A stretch of 64,000 nucleotides of DNA from Polyangiales bacterium (GCA_964202905.1 CAXNJO010000003.1:224001-288000); one strand, 5' to 3'; shown: positions 27,299 to 38,300, numbered from the stretch's first letter. The notes: generated by a model not told the origin, from the letters alone. Made by a program: numbers and translations.

Positions 27299-29095
27299 TC
27301 ACGCGTCGTACAGGGCCATGACGCGGTGGCCGTGCCGCTTCAGGACGACGCGCCGCTTCAGCTTGAGGCTCGGCGTGAGCATGTCGTTCTCGGGGGTGAA
27401 ATCCTCGCGGATCAGCGCGAAGCGGCGGATCTTCTCGAACTGCTTGAACTCCCCGCTCGTGCGCGTGAGTTCCTCGTCGAAGAGACGGCGCACCGCGGGC
27501 TCCTCGAGGAGCGCGTCGCCGCGCGCAGCGACGCGGTGCTCGGCGGCCCAGGCCTCGAGCGCGGGCATGTTCGCGGCCACGAGCGCGACGTTGAAGGGCT
27601 TGTTGTCGCCGTGGACCATCACGTTGGCGATGTAGGGCGAGAGGCGCAGCTGCTCCTCGAGCGGCGCGGGCGAGACGTACTTGCCGGTCTCGAGCTTGTA
27701 CTGCTCCTTGAGGCGACCGGTGATGTAGAGAAAACCCGCGTCGTCGAGGAAGCCGAGATCACCCGTGCGCAGCCCGTGATCGGGCGTGAAGACGCGCGCG
27801 TTCTCCTCGGGCAGCCCGTGGTAGCCCTGCATCACGTTGGGGCCGTGCACGACGACCTCGCCGACCTTGTCGTCGCCCGTCACGGTGTGGTCGATCGCGA
27901 TGCGGACGCCCGGGATCGGCTTGCCGACGCTGCCGATCTTGCGCGCGCCGGGCCAGTTCGCCGTGGCGATGGGCGAGGTCTCGGTGAGCCCGTAGCCCTC
28001 GTAGACGGTGATGCCGAGGCTGTCGATGAACTCCGCGACTTCCCGGCTGATCGCCGCGCCGCCGCAGAACGCGTACTTGAGCCGACCGCCGAAGCGCGCG
28101 CGCACGCGCTGGAAGACGAGCCGGTCGTAGAGGGCGTGCTTGAAGTCCGCGACGCCGCTCCGGCGGCCCTGCGTCGCGAGCGTGCGGCGGCGCTCCTCGT
28201 TCGCGAGCGCCGCGCCGAAGACGCGTTGCTTGACGCCGCCGGCCGCGGTCATGCGCGCGTGCAGCCCCTCGTGGATGCGGTTGAACACGCGCGGGACACC
28301 GACGATCAGCGTGGGCCTGACCTCGCCGAGGTTCTCGACGATCTTCTCGACCGACTCGGCGAGGCCCATCGACGCGCCCATCGAGAAGAGGCCGTGCAGC
28401 TCCACGACCTGGCCGAAGCTGTGCGCCCACGGCAGGAACGAGAGCGACCGGTCCTCCTCGGTGATCGGGAACACGGCGTGGATCGCGCTCACGTTGCTCG
28501 CCAGGTTGCCGTGCGAGAGGAGGACGCCCTTCGGGTTCCCGGTGGTGCCCGACGTGTAGATGAAGCCTGCGATCTCCGAGGGATCGGCGGGCGGCTGCAC
28601 GGGCACGCGGTGCGCCCGGCCCCGCGCGAGCAGCTCGGACCACGCGAGCGCGCGGTCCGGCGTGCCGCGGCCGCTCATCACGACGACGTGCGCGAGCGCC
28701 GGCAGCGCGGCACGGAGCGGCTCGATCTGCGCGCGGGTCGCCTCGTCCGCGACGAGCAGCACCTTCGCCCCGCAGTCGCCGAGGATGTACTGCCACTCGC
28801 GCGGGAGCTGCGCCTCGTACATCGGCACGTAGCTCGCGCGGAGGCCATAGGTCGCGTACGCGCCGACCGCCCACTCGCTGCGGTTGTTGGCGATCACCGC
28901 GACCCGGTCGCCCGGGCCGACGCCGAGCGACGCGAGCCCGCCGCGCGCGGCGTCGACGTCCGCACCGAACTCGCCGTACGTCGTCCACCGCCACGCGCCG
29001 CCCACCTTCGTGCCGAAGAGCGGCCGCGCCGCGTGGGCGCGCACGCTCTGCACGTAGAGCTGGGTCATGTCGTGGAACTTCGGCTCGCTGAACAT
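27299..29095 (-). CDS. Long-chain fatty acid--CoA ligase
   Basis: IYTSGTTGNPKGV, EGYGLTETSP, RTGDLG, ITGRLKE and LTPSLKLKR motifs. Confidence 0.93.
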   Translation of the reverse strand: MFSEPKFHDMTQLYVQSVRAHAARPLFGTKVGGAWRWTTYGEFGADVDAARGGLASLGVGPGDRVAVIANNRSEWAVGAYATYGLRASYVPMYEAQLPREWQYILGDCGAKVLLVADEATRAQIEPLRAALPALAHVVVMSGRGTPDRALAWSELLARGRAHRVPVQPPADPSEIAGFIYTSGTTGNPKGVLLSHGNLASNVSAIHAVFPITEEDRSLSFLPWAHSFGQVVELHGLFSMGASMGLAESVEKIVENLGEVRPTLIVGVPRVFNRIHEGLHARMTAAGGVKQRVFGAALANEERRRTLATQGRRSGVADFKHALYDRLVFQRVRARFGGRLKYAFCGGAAISREVAEFIDSLGITVYEGYGLTETSPIATANWPGARKIGSVGKPIPGVRIAIDHTVTGDDKVGEVVVHGPNVMQGYHGLPEENARVFTPDHGLRTGDLGFLDDAGFLYITGRLKEQYKLETGKYVSPAPLEEQLRLSPYIANVMVHGDNKPFNVALVAANMPALEAWAAEHRVAARGDALLEEPAVRRLFDEELTRTSGEFKQFEKIRRFALIREDFTPENDMLTPSLKLKRRVVLKRHGHRVMALYDA

Positions 29096-29257
29096 GCTGG
29101 CGTGGCTCCTCGGGGGCGCAGGGCGCGGCGCACGCTACACCGCGCGCGCCCCGCGCTTCAATCGTCGCGGCGCTGCGTGCGGGCCGCGCGACGCAGCGCG
29201 CAGCGCCACGCCCGACGCGGGCCGCGCGGACCCCGACCGTGATAGCTTCGCGCGCGC

Positions 29258-29980
29258 ATGCCGCCGCGCGTCCTCATCGTCACCCCGACCTACAACGAGC
29301 GCGAGAACCTCGCGACGTTCGTCACGAGCCTGCACGCCGCTGCGCCCGAGGCCGACGTCCTCGTCGTCGACGACGCCTCGCCCGACGGCACGGGCGCGCT
29401 CGCGGACGCGCTCGCGGCGCGTGATCCCCGCGTCCGCGTGCTGCACCGCGCGGGCAAGCTCGGCATCGGCACCGCCTACATCGCGGGCTTCGAGCACGCG
29501 CTGCGCGAGGGCTACGACGTCGTGTTCGAGATGGACACCGACCTCTCGCACGACCCGCGCTACGTGCCGCAGTTCCTCGCAGCGATCGCCGATGGCGCCG
29601 ATGTGGTGATCGGCTCACGCAACATCCCGGGCGGCGGCGTCGAGGGCTGGGGCGTCGGCCGTCACGTCCTCTCGAAGGGCGGCTCGCTCTACTCGCGCAC
29701 GATCCTCGGGCTGCGCGTGCGCGACCTGACGAGCGGCTACAAGGCCTTCAACCGCCGCGCGCTCGAGGCCATCGACCTGCGCTCGGTGCACAGTTCGGGC
29801 TACTCGTTCCAGATCGAGCTCACGTACCGCGCGATCCGCCGCGGCTTCCGCGTCGCGGAGGTGCCGATCGTCTTCGTCGACCGACGCGCGGGGCAGAGCA
29901 AGATGTCGCGCCGCATCTTCGCCGAGGCGGTCGGCATGGTGTGGAAGCTGCGCCTCGACGCGCTGCGCGGGCGCCTCTGA
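29258..29980 (+). CDS. Polyprenol monophosphomannose synthase-like GT2
   Basis: PTYNE, VDDASPDGT, GKLGIGTAY, EMDTDLSH and GYSFQIE motifs. Confidence 0.92.
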   Translation: MPPRVLIVTPTYNERENLATFVTSLHAAAPEADVLVVDDASPDGTGALADALAARDPRVRVLHRAGKLGIGTAYIAGFEHALREGYDVVFEMDTDLSHDPRYVPQFLAAIADGADVVIGSRNIPGGGVEGWGVGRHVLSKGGSLYSRTILGLRVRDLTSGYKAFNRRALEAIDLRSVHSSGYSFQIELTYRAIRRGFRVAEVPIVFVDRRAGQSKMSRRIFAEAVGMVWKLRLDALRGRL

Positions 29981-30011
29981 GCGGCGCGCGCGCGACGGAC
30001 TGAATGGCGAT

Positions 30012-31174
30012 TCAGAAGCGGTAGCCGAGCTCCGCCGCGACGTCGAGCGAGACGACCGTGCGCTCGGGCAGCACCCAGAACGTGGGCGCGAGCAGATCGA
30101 ACGTGAGCTCCCAGCGCTTGTCGATCGGGAAGCCGAGGCCCGCGGCGAGGCGCACGACGGGCCCGTTCTGGGGGAGGTAGCCGAGCGCGAGGCGGAGCGG
30201 GACGCGGAGATCCGTGCCGGCGCTCACCCGCACGCGGTCCTCGACCTGCGCGAGCACGAGGAGGTTGCTCGCGCGGCCGTCCTTGCCGCGCAGGTTCGCG
30301 TAGCCGAGATACGCGCCGACGCGCACGTCGGGCGTGATGCGGTAGTCGAGGCGCGCGCCGAGCAGCGCGTTGAAGAAGAAGTCGCGCGAGGCGCCGAACG
30401 CGAGGTCGGTGCGCGCCGCGAACACCCAGCGGCGCGCGCGGCCGCGCCTGCGGCGGCGGGGCGCAGCGGCGGCGTCGGCGGGCGCCTCGGCCTCGACCGC
30501 GGCCACACCCGGGATCGCCCCGCGGCGGGCGGCATGGTGCCGGGCGCGGTGGACACGCCCGGGGGCGGGAGCGCCTCGCGGGTCAGGCGCGCGACCGTCG
30601 CGACGAGCCCCGCGGCAGGCGCCGCGCCCCGCGCGAAGAAGGGACCGCCGCCATCCGCGCTCGCGACCGTCAGCTCGACGACGTACTCGCCGCGGTACGC
30701 CCACACGCGCGCGAACGCGCCGCGCGCCGCGCCCGCGGCCCAGGTCGCGCGCCAGAGATCGGCGGGAGCGGGCGGGTACGGCATGCGAACGCGCTGCGCG
30801 GCCTCGACGCTCTGCGCGGGCGTGAGCACGTCGTAGCCGAGCTCCGCGGCCGTCGCGCGCATGGTCTGCGAGACGTAGCGGCCGACGATGGGATCGACGC
30901 CGTACGGCGCCGCGTCGATGACCACGCAGCGCACGGACGGAGCCGCGGGCGCCGCGTCGGGCGCAGGCGCAGCGGAGGGCACCGCCTCGGGCGCGGAGGT
31001 CGCGTCGGGCGCGGGCGCAGCGGGCGCCATGGCCTCGGGCGCGGGCATCACGTCGGGCGCGGGCACGGGGCCGAGCGGGGACTGGGCCGCGGCGCGCGGC
31101 GGGTGTGCGAGCGCGAGCAGGGCCAGCAGGGCCAGGACGACGAGCGCGGAGACGCGGAGGCGCGGGCGAAGCAT
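30012..31174 (-). CDS. Secreted hypothetical protein with Pro/Ala linker and C-terminal beta-barrel-like domain (frameshift ~30510)
   Basis: Signal peptide in ORF 30224..31174; amphipathic strands ending LDVAAELGYRF in ORF 30012..30704. Confidence 0.6.
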
Positions 31175-31279
31175 CGGCGCGAGGGTAGCGCGGATCCGAC
31201 CCGGGGCGCGGCCCAGGGGCCCACGCGGCGCGGCGAATCCGTGGTGCGCAGGGCGGGATCAGTGCTCTAGTGGGCGCCC

Positions 31280-32566
31280 ATGGGGATGTCCCTCGGCCGA
31301 GCGTTCCGCGCGCGGGCGGACGTCGCGCAGCCCGGCGCGCGCGTGCGCACCGCGGGGCTCGCGCTCGTCGTGGGAATCGCGCTCGCGGCCTGCGACCGTG
31401 GGGCGCCGCCGACCGAGCCGCCGCGGGAGGCGCCTGCAGCGCAGGCCCCGCAGCTCGCCGAGGGTGCGGCGCCCGTGGGCCCGACCGAGGCCGAGCGCGC
31501 GGCCGCCGAGGGGCCCGCGCCGCCGTCGATCTGGCCCGACGACGTGCGCCCGCTCGCGGCCGACCTCGCGCGACGTGAGAGCCCCGCCGAGTGCGCCGCG
31601 CGCATCCGCGGCGCGCTCGTGCCCGAGGTCGCGGAGGCGATCGCGGGCCTCGGCTACGAGCGCTTCGTCGCGGACCTCTGCGGCGGGCTCGCGGCCGTCC
31701 GTGCAGGCGACGTCGGCGCGTGCGACGCGCTCTCGGTGTCGTCGGCGCGGGCGGGGTGCCGCAGGCGGCTCGCGCTCGTGCACGCGCGCCCCGAGGCGTG
31801 CCCGGAGGACCCGACGCTCGCCGGCCGCGAGCCCGTGTGTCTCGCGTGGGCCGCGCGCGACGCGTGGCTGTGTCGCGGCGCGGCCCCCGGCGAGCGCGAG
31901 CGCTGCGAGGCCGTGCTCGCCCGCGACCCGCAGCGTTGCCGCGCCCTGCCGGCAGAGCTGCGCGCGCGCTGCGTCGGCGAGGTCGCGCGGCACGGCCCCG
32001 CGCTCGGCGACGCGGCGGCGCCCTCCCCGACGGCGCGCCCGGAGTCGGCGCTCGCGCTCACGCTCACGCGCGAGGACGAGCCACCATCCCCCGCGGACGC
32101 CGGCAGCGATGCACTGTTGGCCGAAGCGGGCCGCCCCGACACGCACGCGATCACGCACCCCGCGCTCGATCGCGGCGTCGTCGCCGCCCGCTGCGCGGAC
32201 GGAATCCGCGTGCGCATCGGCGATCCGCGGCGCCGCGGCGCGCCCCCCCGCCTCGACGCGCCACCCGAGGCGGAGCTGCTGCTGCGCTTCCCCGCGGACG
32301 CGCGGCGCGGGCCGCTGCGGCTCGAGGCCGCGACGCTCGACGTGTTGCTGCGCGTGCGCGTACCGCACGAGGGCGGGGGGACGAGCGCCGAGGACCGCGA
32401 CGGGCACGTGCGGCTCGACGCGCACGACGTGGCGCGCGGCGCGCCGATCGCGGGGCAGGTCGAGCTCACCGTCACCCTCGGCGGCCAACCCGCGCGCGTG
32501 CGCGGGAGCTTCCGCACCTTCGTGCGCGACCTCGTGGACGCCGACGCCCCCGAGTGCGCGCGCTGA
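31280..32566 (+). CDS. Hypothetical Cys-containing lipoprotein
   Basis: Lipobox ALAAC, spaced Cys repeats and a coding-like codon pattern; start uncertain. Confidence 0.6.
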   Translation: MGMSLGRAFRARADVAQPGARVRTAGLALVVGIALAACDRGAPPTEPPREAPAAQAPQLAEGAAPVGPTEAERAAAEGPAPPSIWPDDVRPLAADLARRESPAECAARIRGALVPEVAEAIAGLGYERFVADLCGGLAAVRAGDVGACDALSVSSARAGCRRRLALVHARPEACPEDPTLAGREPVCLAWAARDAWLCRGAAPGERERCEAVLARDPQRCRALPAELRARCVGEVARHGPALGDAAAPSPTARPESALALTLTREDEPPSPADAGSDALLAEAGRPDTHAITHPALDRGVVAARCADGIRVRIGDPRRRGAPPRLDAPPEAELLLRFPADARRGPLRLEAATLDVLLRVRVPHEGGGTSAEDRDGHVRLDAHDVARGAPIAGQVELTVTLGGQPARVRGSFRTFVRDLVDADAPECAR

Positions 32567-32818
32567 CCGCGGGGCGACGCGCGCTCGTGGCGGATGCCGC
32601 GGGGCCCCGCCGTTTGATAGGCTCCGGGGCCATGGCGCTCGACGACCTCTCGAGGACGGAGCAGCCCGCGCCCGTCGGGCTCATCCGCCTGATGCGCGGC
32701 AGCGACGGCCATTTCAGCGAGGCGGAGGCGGCGCAGGTGACTCTGCTCGACGCGCGGCTCGCCGGCACGGCGCGACGCGGTCGGCGCGCTGTGGGGCGGA
32801 TGAGCGCGCCCCGGACCG

Positions 32819-33655
32819 GTGCCTGACGTGGAGGTGCCCGGCGACGCGCCGCTCCCCCGCCGCGCGAACCTGCTCGGCGTCGGCGTGAGCGTCACGACCT
32901 ACGCGGGAGTGACGCGGTGCGTCATCGATGCCGCGCGCGCGGGGCGTTCGCTGCTCGTCGCGGCCTCCGACGTCCATCTGCTCATGCAGGCGCGGCGCGA
33001 CCCCGCGTACGCCGCGGTGCTCGACAGCTTCGACATCGTCACGCCGGACGGGCAGCCCGTCCGCTGGGGCCTCCGGCTGACGCGCGCCGCGCACCTCCGC
33101 GAGCGCGTCTACGGGCCGACGCTGATGCTCGAGGTCTGCGCCGAGGCCGCGCGCCGGGGGCTGCCGATCTTCCTCTACGGCAGCCGAGGCGAGGTGCTCG
33201 CGCGGCTCCGCGAGCGGCTCGAGGCGCGCTTCGCGGGGCTGCGCGTCGCCGGGACGCGCGCGGGGCGGTTCCGTCCGCTGACGCCCGCGGAGCAGGAAGA
33301 TGACGCGGCCGCGATCGTCGGGTCCGGGGCGCGCATCGCCTTCGTCGGGATGGGCTGTCCACGGCAGGAGTGGTGGGCCTTCCACATGCGCGCGCGCCTC
33401 CCGCTGCCGGTGCTCGCGGTCGGCGCCGCGTTCGACTTCCATGCGGGGCTCGTGCCGCAGGCGCCCGCGTGGATGCAGGCGCGCGGCCTCGAGTGGCTGT
33501 ATCGCCTGCGCCGCGAGCCGCGTCGGCTCTGGCGGCGCTACGTGCTGCTGACGCCGCGCTACGTACCGCTGCTCGCGGCGCAGGCGTTGGGGTTGCGCCG
33601 CTTCCCGCCGACCCGCGACCTGCGGGAGGCGCGCACACGCGCGTGTCCGGGCTGA
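32819..33655 (+). CDS. WecB/TagA/CpsF-family glycosyltransferase
   Basis: TPDGQPV, RVYGPTL, FVGMGCPRQEWW, VGAAFDF and GLEWLYRL..EPRRLWRRY motifs. Confidence 0.93.
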   Translation: MPDVEVPGDAPLPRRANLLGVGVSVTTYAGVTRCVIDAARAGRSLLVAASDVHLLMQARRDPAYAAVLDSFDIVTPDGQPVRWGLRLTRAAHLRERVYGPTLMLEVCAEAARRGLPIFLYGSRGEVLARLRERLEARFAGLRVAGTRAGRFRPLTPAEQEDDAAAIVGSGARIAFVGMGCPRQEWWAFHMRARLPLPVLAVGAAFDFHAGLVPQAPAWMQARGLEWLYRLRREPRRLWRRYVLLTPRYVPLLAAQALGLRRFPPTRDLREARTRACPG

Positions 33656-33747
33656 GCGCGGCGACCGCGGGCGCCACGAAAGGGTACCGACCGATGCGTG
33701 TCACGGCCGATGCGCGCCGCTGACGCGCCGGCCCACGCGCGCCTGCG

Positions 33748-35244
33748 TCAGCGCGCGCGCAGACCCGACATCAGCCAGCGGCGCGAGGTCGAGGCGGCGA
33801 GTGCGCTGCAGACCAGGGCGGCGAGCGCAGCGAGCGCGACGACCCCGAACATCGCGACGCGATCGACCACGACCGGCACCGCGACGCGAACGACCGCGGC
33901 CCCCGCGAAGGCCGCCGCGGCCGGCCACGCCAGATCCTCGACGTACCAGCGTCGCGACTGGCCGGGCAGCCACGCCGCGTGCACGAACGGGAGGAGAAAG
34001 ACCACGTAGCCAAGGTTCAGCAGGAGCCACGAGCTCGCCGCGCCGACGAGCCCGAACCGCCCGATCAGGAACGGCATCGACGGGAGGAACACGAGCACCG
34101 CGACGAGGTTCGCGCGGAGGCCGAGCCTCAGCTGGCCGAACGCGAGCTGCAGCGCCCAGGGGACGCTCATCATCCCGTTCAGCGCCGTGCCGAGCGCGAG
34201 CACCGCGACGACCGCGGCCCCCTGCGCCGCGACGCGCGGGTCGCCCGTCCACGCGTGAACCACCTCGCGCGCGAACAGGACGAGCACTGCCGTCACTGGC
34301 CACACCGCGACGGCGATGAGCTGGCTCGCGCGGTGGTAGAGCTGCACGACGCTCGCCGTGTCCCCGCGCGCGACGAGCTGCGAGAGCCGCGGAAACACCG
34401 CCACGAACAGGGGCGCCACGAGCTGTTGCCCCCCCATGCCGGCGACGCTCGCGAGCGCGTACAGGCCGAGTTCCGCGGGCGTCGTGAGTCGCGCGACGAA
34501 GAACTTGTCGGCTTGGGTGAGCAGCGCCCCGAGCGCGGTGATGGCCCAGGACGTCGAGGCGAACGTGCCGTGGGCGCGCAGCGTCGTCGACGAGAAGCGC
34601 CCGACGCCGGGACCGACCGCGCGGCGGACGAGCCAGAGCGGGGCGAGCGTCTGCAGCGCCGCGCCGAGCACCTGCCACGCGAAGAACACCTCGAGCGTCG
34701 GGGCGACGATCACGAGCGCGAGGGCCGCGCCCGCCCAACGGACCGTGCCCGTCGCCGCCATGGCGAGGTTGGCCGCGCCGGGGCGCTGCAAGCCGAGCAG
34801 CGCTGCGTGGTAGAGCGACAGGGGCAACTGGAGCGCGAGCGTCGCGGTCGCGAGCCGGACCACGGTGTCGGTGACGCGCAGCGCATGGCCGCCCTCGCCG
34901 CCGAAGCGCCCCGCGAGCGCGGGCCCGGCCGCCCAGAGCCCCGCCGCGACGACGAACGACAACAGCCAGAGCGCAACCTCGAAGGTCCGCACGAGCTCGC
35001 GCATCCGCGCCCGCGTCGCGCCGGGGTCGCTCGCTGACAGCACCGCGAGCTGCCGCTGCAGCGTGCTCGACAACCCGAGATCCACGAGCGCGGCGAGCGC
35101 CGCGACGGCCATGAAGAGACCGACGACCCCGTATCCCTCGACCCCGAGGAGGCGCGCGTAGATGGGCGGGAACACCAGGCCGAGCGCGGCCATCCAGACG
35201 CGCCCGAGGTAGTTCGCGGCGACGTGTCGCGAGAAGGAGGACAT
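33748..35244 (-). CDS. Wzx-type oligosaccharide flippase
   Basis: Many TM segments; ANYLGR, LLGVEGYG, DLGL, TQADK and LGLYALA motifs. Confidence 0.88.
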   Translation of the reverse strand: MSSFSRHVAANYLGRVWMAALGLVFPPIYARLLGVEGYGVVGLFMAVAALAALVDLGLSSTLQRQLAVLSASDPGATRARMRELVRTFEVALWLLSFVVAAGLWAAGPALAGRFGGEGGHALRVTDTVVRLATATLALQLPLSLYHAALLGLQRPGAANLAMAATGTVRWAGAALALVIVAPTLEVFFAWQVLGAALQTLAPLWLVRRAVGPGVGRFSSTTLRAHGTFASTSWAITALGALLTQADKFFVARLTTPAELGLYALASVAGMGGQQLVAPLFVAVFPRLSQLVARGDTASVVQLYHRASQLIAVAVWPVTAVLVLFAREVVHAWTGDPRVAAQGAAVVAVLALGTALNGMMSVPWALQLAFGQLRLGLRANLVAVLVFLPSMPFLIGRFGLVGAASSWLLLNLGYVVFLLPFVHAAWLPGQSRRWYVEDLAWPAAAAFAGAAVVRVAVPVVVDRVAMFGVVALAALAALVCSALAASTSRRWLMSGLRAR

Positions 35245-35300
35245 CGGTGGAAGAGCGCGCGAGCTTGGCATGGGTTCGCGCCGCCCCGGGCCGAGCGCGG

Positions 35301-36761
35301 CTACCGCGCGCCCCGCCCGCGGAGCACGACGGGGATCGTCTTCAGCAGGAGCTGCAGGTCGAGCCAGAGGCTCCACTCGTCGACGTAGCGCAGGTCGAGC
35401 AGCATCCACGCCTCGAAGCCGAGATCGCTCCGGCCGCTCACCTGCCAGAGCCCCGTGATGCCGGGCTTCATCGAGAGGCGGCGTCGCTGCCAGCCGCGGA
35501 TCTGCGCCTGCTCCTGGGTCGGGAGCGGACGCGGCCCGACGAGGCTCATGCTCCCGGCGAGCACGTTGAACAGCTGCGGCAGCTCGTCGAGGCTCGAGCT
35601 CCGCAGGAAGCGGCCGAGCGGCGTCACGCGCGGGTCGAGGCGCGCCTTGAAGACCGGGCCACCGACCTCGTTGAGCGCGCGCACCTCGTCCCGGCGCGCT
35701 TCGGCGTCGCGGTGCATCGTGCGGAACTTGAACATGCGGAAGGGCCGACCGAAGCGCCCCGCGCGCTCCTGCGTGAAGAGCACGGGCCGCCCCATCGTGA
35801 GCCGCACGGCGAGCGCGACCGTGACGAGCACGGGGGCCGCCGCCACGAGGAGGAACGCGGCGGCGAGCGGATCGAGGCCGTGCTTGATCGCGAGCGCCTC
35901 CGGGCGCTTCGGCGCGACGTCGTAGCGGATCACGCAGTGGTCGTAGAGGTCGGCGACGCGCGGCGCGGCGCGCGCGAGCTGGCTCAGCTCGACGACGAAA
36001 CTCGCCGGCACCCCGAGCGCCTCGCACGCCGCGAGCGCCGCGGACGCCGTGTCCGGGCGCGCGTAGGGCGCGAAGAAGACGACCTCGTCGACGGGGTGCG
36101 CTTCGAGCAGCGCGGGCAGGGCCTCGAGCGGGCCGAGGCGCGCGGGCAGCGCGGCGCCGTCGTCCGGCGTGTCGGCCTCGTCCGTCGGCGCCGCGACGTA
36201 GCCGAGGATCGTCGGCGCGAGCGCGCTCGCGGCCGCGTCCCGCACGAAGTCGCGCATGCGGGCCGAGGGCGCGCCGACGAGCACGAGCCGCGCGCGCGTA
36301 TCGCCCCGCGCATGCTGGTAGCGCGCCCACGCACCGGTCAGCGCGCGCTGCGCGTAGAGGGCCGCCGTGCTGAACGCGAGAAAGAGCGCGACGAGGCTGC
36401 GGTTCACCACGCTCTGCGTGAGGAACTGCACGAGCGCGACGCCGAGCACGCCCGCCGCATCCAGCTTGAGCAGGCGCGCGAGCAGCTCCGAGTGCGGGAG
36501 CGGCTCCTCGAACGTGCGGTCGAGGCGCACCACCACCGCGAGCGCGACCCAGAGCGGCCCGACGATGCACGCGACGAGCGCCTGATCCCCGAACGAAGAC
36601 GGGAGTTTGACCCCGGGGACGAGTCCCACGAGCAGGGGCTGCACCGCGCCCGCCGCGAGCATCGAGAGCAGGACGAGCAGCGCGTCGATGAGCCGCTGTA
36701 GCCGACGGAGCCCCGCGACGCGCGACGCGCGCAGCCCGCCGAGCGCAGCGCGCTCAAGCAT
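35301..36761 (-). CDS. Polyprenyl glycosylphosphotransferase (initiating sugar transferase)
   Basis: N-terminal TMs; FRMFKFRTM, DPRVT, SLDELPQLFNV..GSMSLVGPRP, KPGITGLWQVSGR and DLRYV motifs. Confidence 0.93.
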   Translation of the reverse strand: MLERAALGGLRASRVAGLRRLQRLIDALLVLLSMLAAGAVQPLLVGLVPGVKLPSSFGDQALVACIVGPLWVALAVVVRLDRTFEEPLPHSELLARLLKLDAAGVLGVALVQFLTQSVVNRSLVALFLAFSTAALYAQRALTGAWARYQHARGDTRARLVLVGAPSARMRDFVRDAAASALAPTILGYVAAPTDEADTPDDGAALPARLGPLEALPALLEAHPVDEVVFFAPYARPDTASAALAACEALGVPASFVVELSQLARAAPRVADLYDHCVIRYDVAPKRPEALAIKHGLDPLAAAFLLVAAAPVLVTVALAVRLTMGRPVLFTQERAGRFGRPFRMFKFRTMHRDAEARRDEVRALNEVGGPVFKARLDPRVTPLGRFLRSSSLDELPQLFNVLAGSMSLVGPRPLPTQEQAQIRGWQRRRLSMKPGITGLWQVSGRSDLGFEAWMLLDLRYVDEWSLWLDLQLLLKTIPVVLRGRGAR

Positions 36762-36913
36762 CGGCCGCTTCCACCGCCGCCTGCGCGACGCGACGCCCCT
36801 GCTCCTCCCTCGTCGCGCGGCGGCCCGGCATGCCGCGCGGACCATACCACCCACGCCACAGGCGCCGCGCCCGCGCGTCGCGACCCCGGCGCGGGCTCAC
36901 CGCACTCCGACTC

Positions 36914-38122
36914 CTACGCCATCGCCGCGTCGCGCAGCTCGGAGTGGACCTCACTGCGGTTTCGGCCGCTCGACTTGGCCCGGTACATCGCGGCGTCGGC
37001 GCGGCGCAGCGCTTGTTGGAAGTCGTCCTCGTCGTGCGCATGCAGGGCGATGCCGATCGACGCGGTGATCGGTGGGGCGCCCGCCGGCCCCACGGGGGCC
37101 ACGCGCAGCGCGCCGTGGATGCGCTCCGCGATGCGCTCGGCGGCCGTGACGTCGCAGCGAGGCAGGATGATCGCGAACTCCTCGCCGCCCCACCGCACGA
37201 GCACGTCGTGCTCCCGCAGGGCATCCGCGCAGCGCCGCGCCATGGCGCGCAGCACGTCGTCCCCGGCGTCGTGACCCCACCGATCGTTGATGCTCTTGAA
37301 GTGGTCGATGTCGAGCAGCATCACGCTGATGGGCCAGCCGTTGCGCCGCGCGGAGCCGACCAGCGCCTCGCTCTGCTGGGCGAGCCGGCGCCGGTTGCCG
37401 AGGCCCGTGAGCAGGTCGGTGTGCGCGTCGGCGGAGAGGCGATCGTTCGCGTGCACCAGCGCGGCGCGGCTGCGCGCCTCGGCCTCGATGATGAGCCCGA
37501 CCCCGCCGAAGATCCCGACGAGGTTCACGAGGAGCACGAGCCCCGTCCACCCCTGGAAGACGACGGGGTCCACCGTGCCCGGCGAGAGCAGGTAGGCCAC
37601 CGCACGCCCCACGTGGACGACGACGGAGAGGACAGCCGCCCAGATCAGATAGCGCCGGCCGATCGGCCAGGGGCGCGGGGTCTCGCGGAGAAGCGCACGG
37701 GCCCAGAGGAGCCCGCTGACGAGCATCGGCAGGACGTTCGCGACCACGCGCGGCTTCGCGAGCGCGAGGCTGCCCGCCGAGCCGTCGGCCGCCCACAGCA
37801 CGGTCACCGCCGCCGTACACGTGGCCGCCAGCGCGTATTCGACGCGCCACGTCGCGCGCGGGATCCCGCACAACCGGTGCATCCCCGTGAGCCAGAGCTG
37901 GTGCGCGAGCAGCAGGAGGCCGCTCGCGACCACGATGGTCAGGCCATCGGGCCACACCGTCCGCCTCGCGTAGAGCGCGACGGCCACCAGCGAGATCGGG
38001 GCCGCCGCGAGCAGCGGTCCCGCGACCTTCAGGCCTCCGGCCCCCCGCCACGCCGGAAAGCTCACCGCGACCAGCATCACGAGCTGGAACACCGTGGCCT
38101 GCATGAGCGTGGGGACGTGCAC
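36914..38122 (-). CDS. Membrane-bound diguanylate cyclase
   Basis: TM region; DLLTGLGNRR, DIDHFKSINDRWGHDAGD, REHD I-site and RWGGEEF; start approximate. Confidence 0.92.
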   Translation of the reverse strand: MHVPTLMQATVFQLVMLVAVSFPAWRGAGGLKVAGPLLAAAPISLVAVALYARRTVWPDGLTIVVASGLLLLAHQLWLTGMHRLCGIPRATWRVEYALAATCTAAVTVLWAADGSAGSLALAKPRVVANVLPMLVSGLLWARALLRETPRPWPIGRRYLIWAAVLSVVVHVGRAVAYLLSPGTVDPVVFQGWTGLVLLVNLVGIFGGVGLIIEAEARSRAALVHANDRLSADAHTDLLTGLGNRRRLAQQSEALVGSARRNGWPISVMLLDIDHFKSINDRWGHDAGDDVLRAMARRCADALREHDVLVRWGGEEFAIILPRCDVTAAERIAERIHGALRVAPVGPAGAPPITASIGIALHAHDEDDFQQALRRADAAMYRAKSSGRNRSEVHSELRDAAMA

Positions 38123-38300
38123 GCCGCACGGTAACACCGTCCGATTCGTCGCGTCCCGCTGGTGCGCGTGGTGCGCCACGCCGCCCTCGCGCGGTCGGGG
38201 GCCGGCGCCGCGGTCTCGCCGCGGAGGGCCGCTCCGCTCGTGCTCGTGGGCCCCGCCGCGGCTTGACCCCGCCCCGACGCGCCGCGACGATGCGCCTCGC

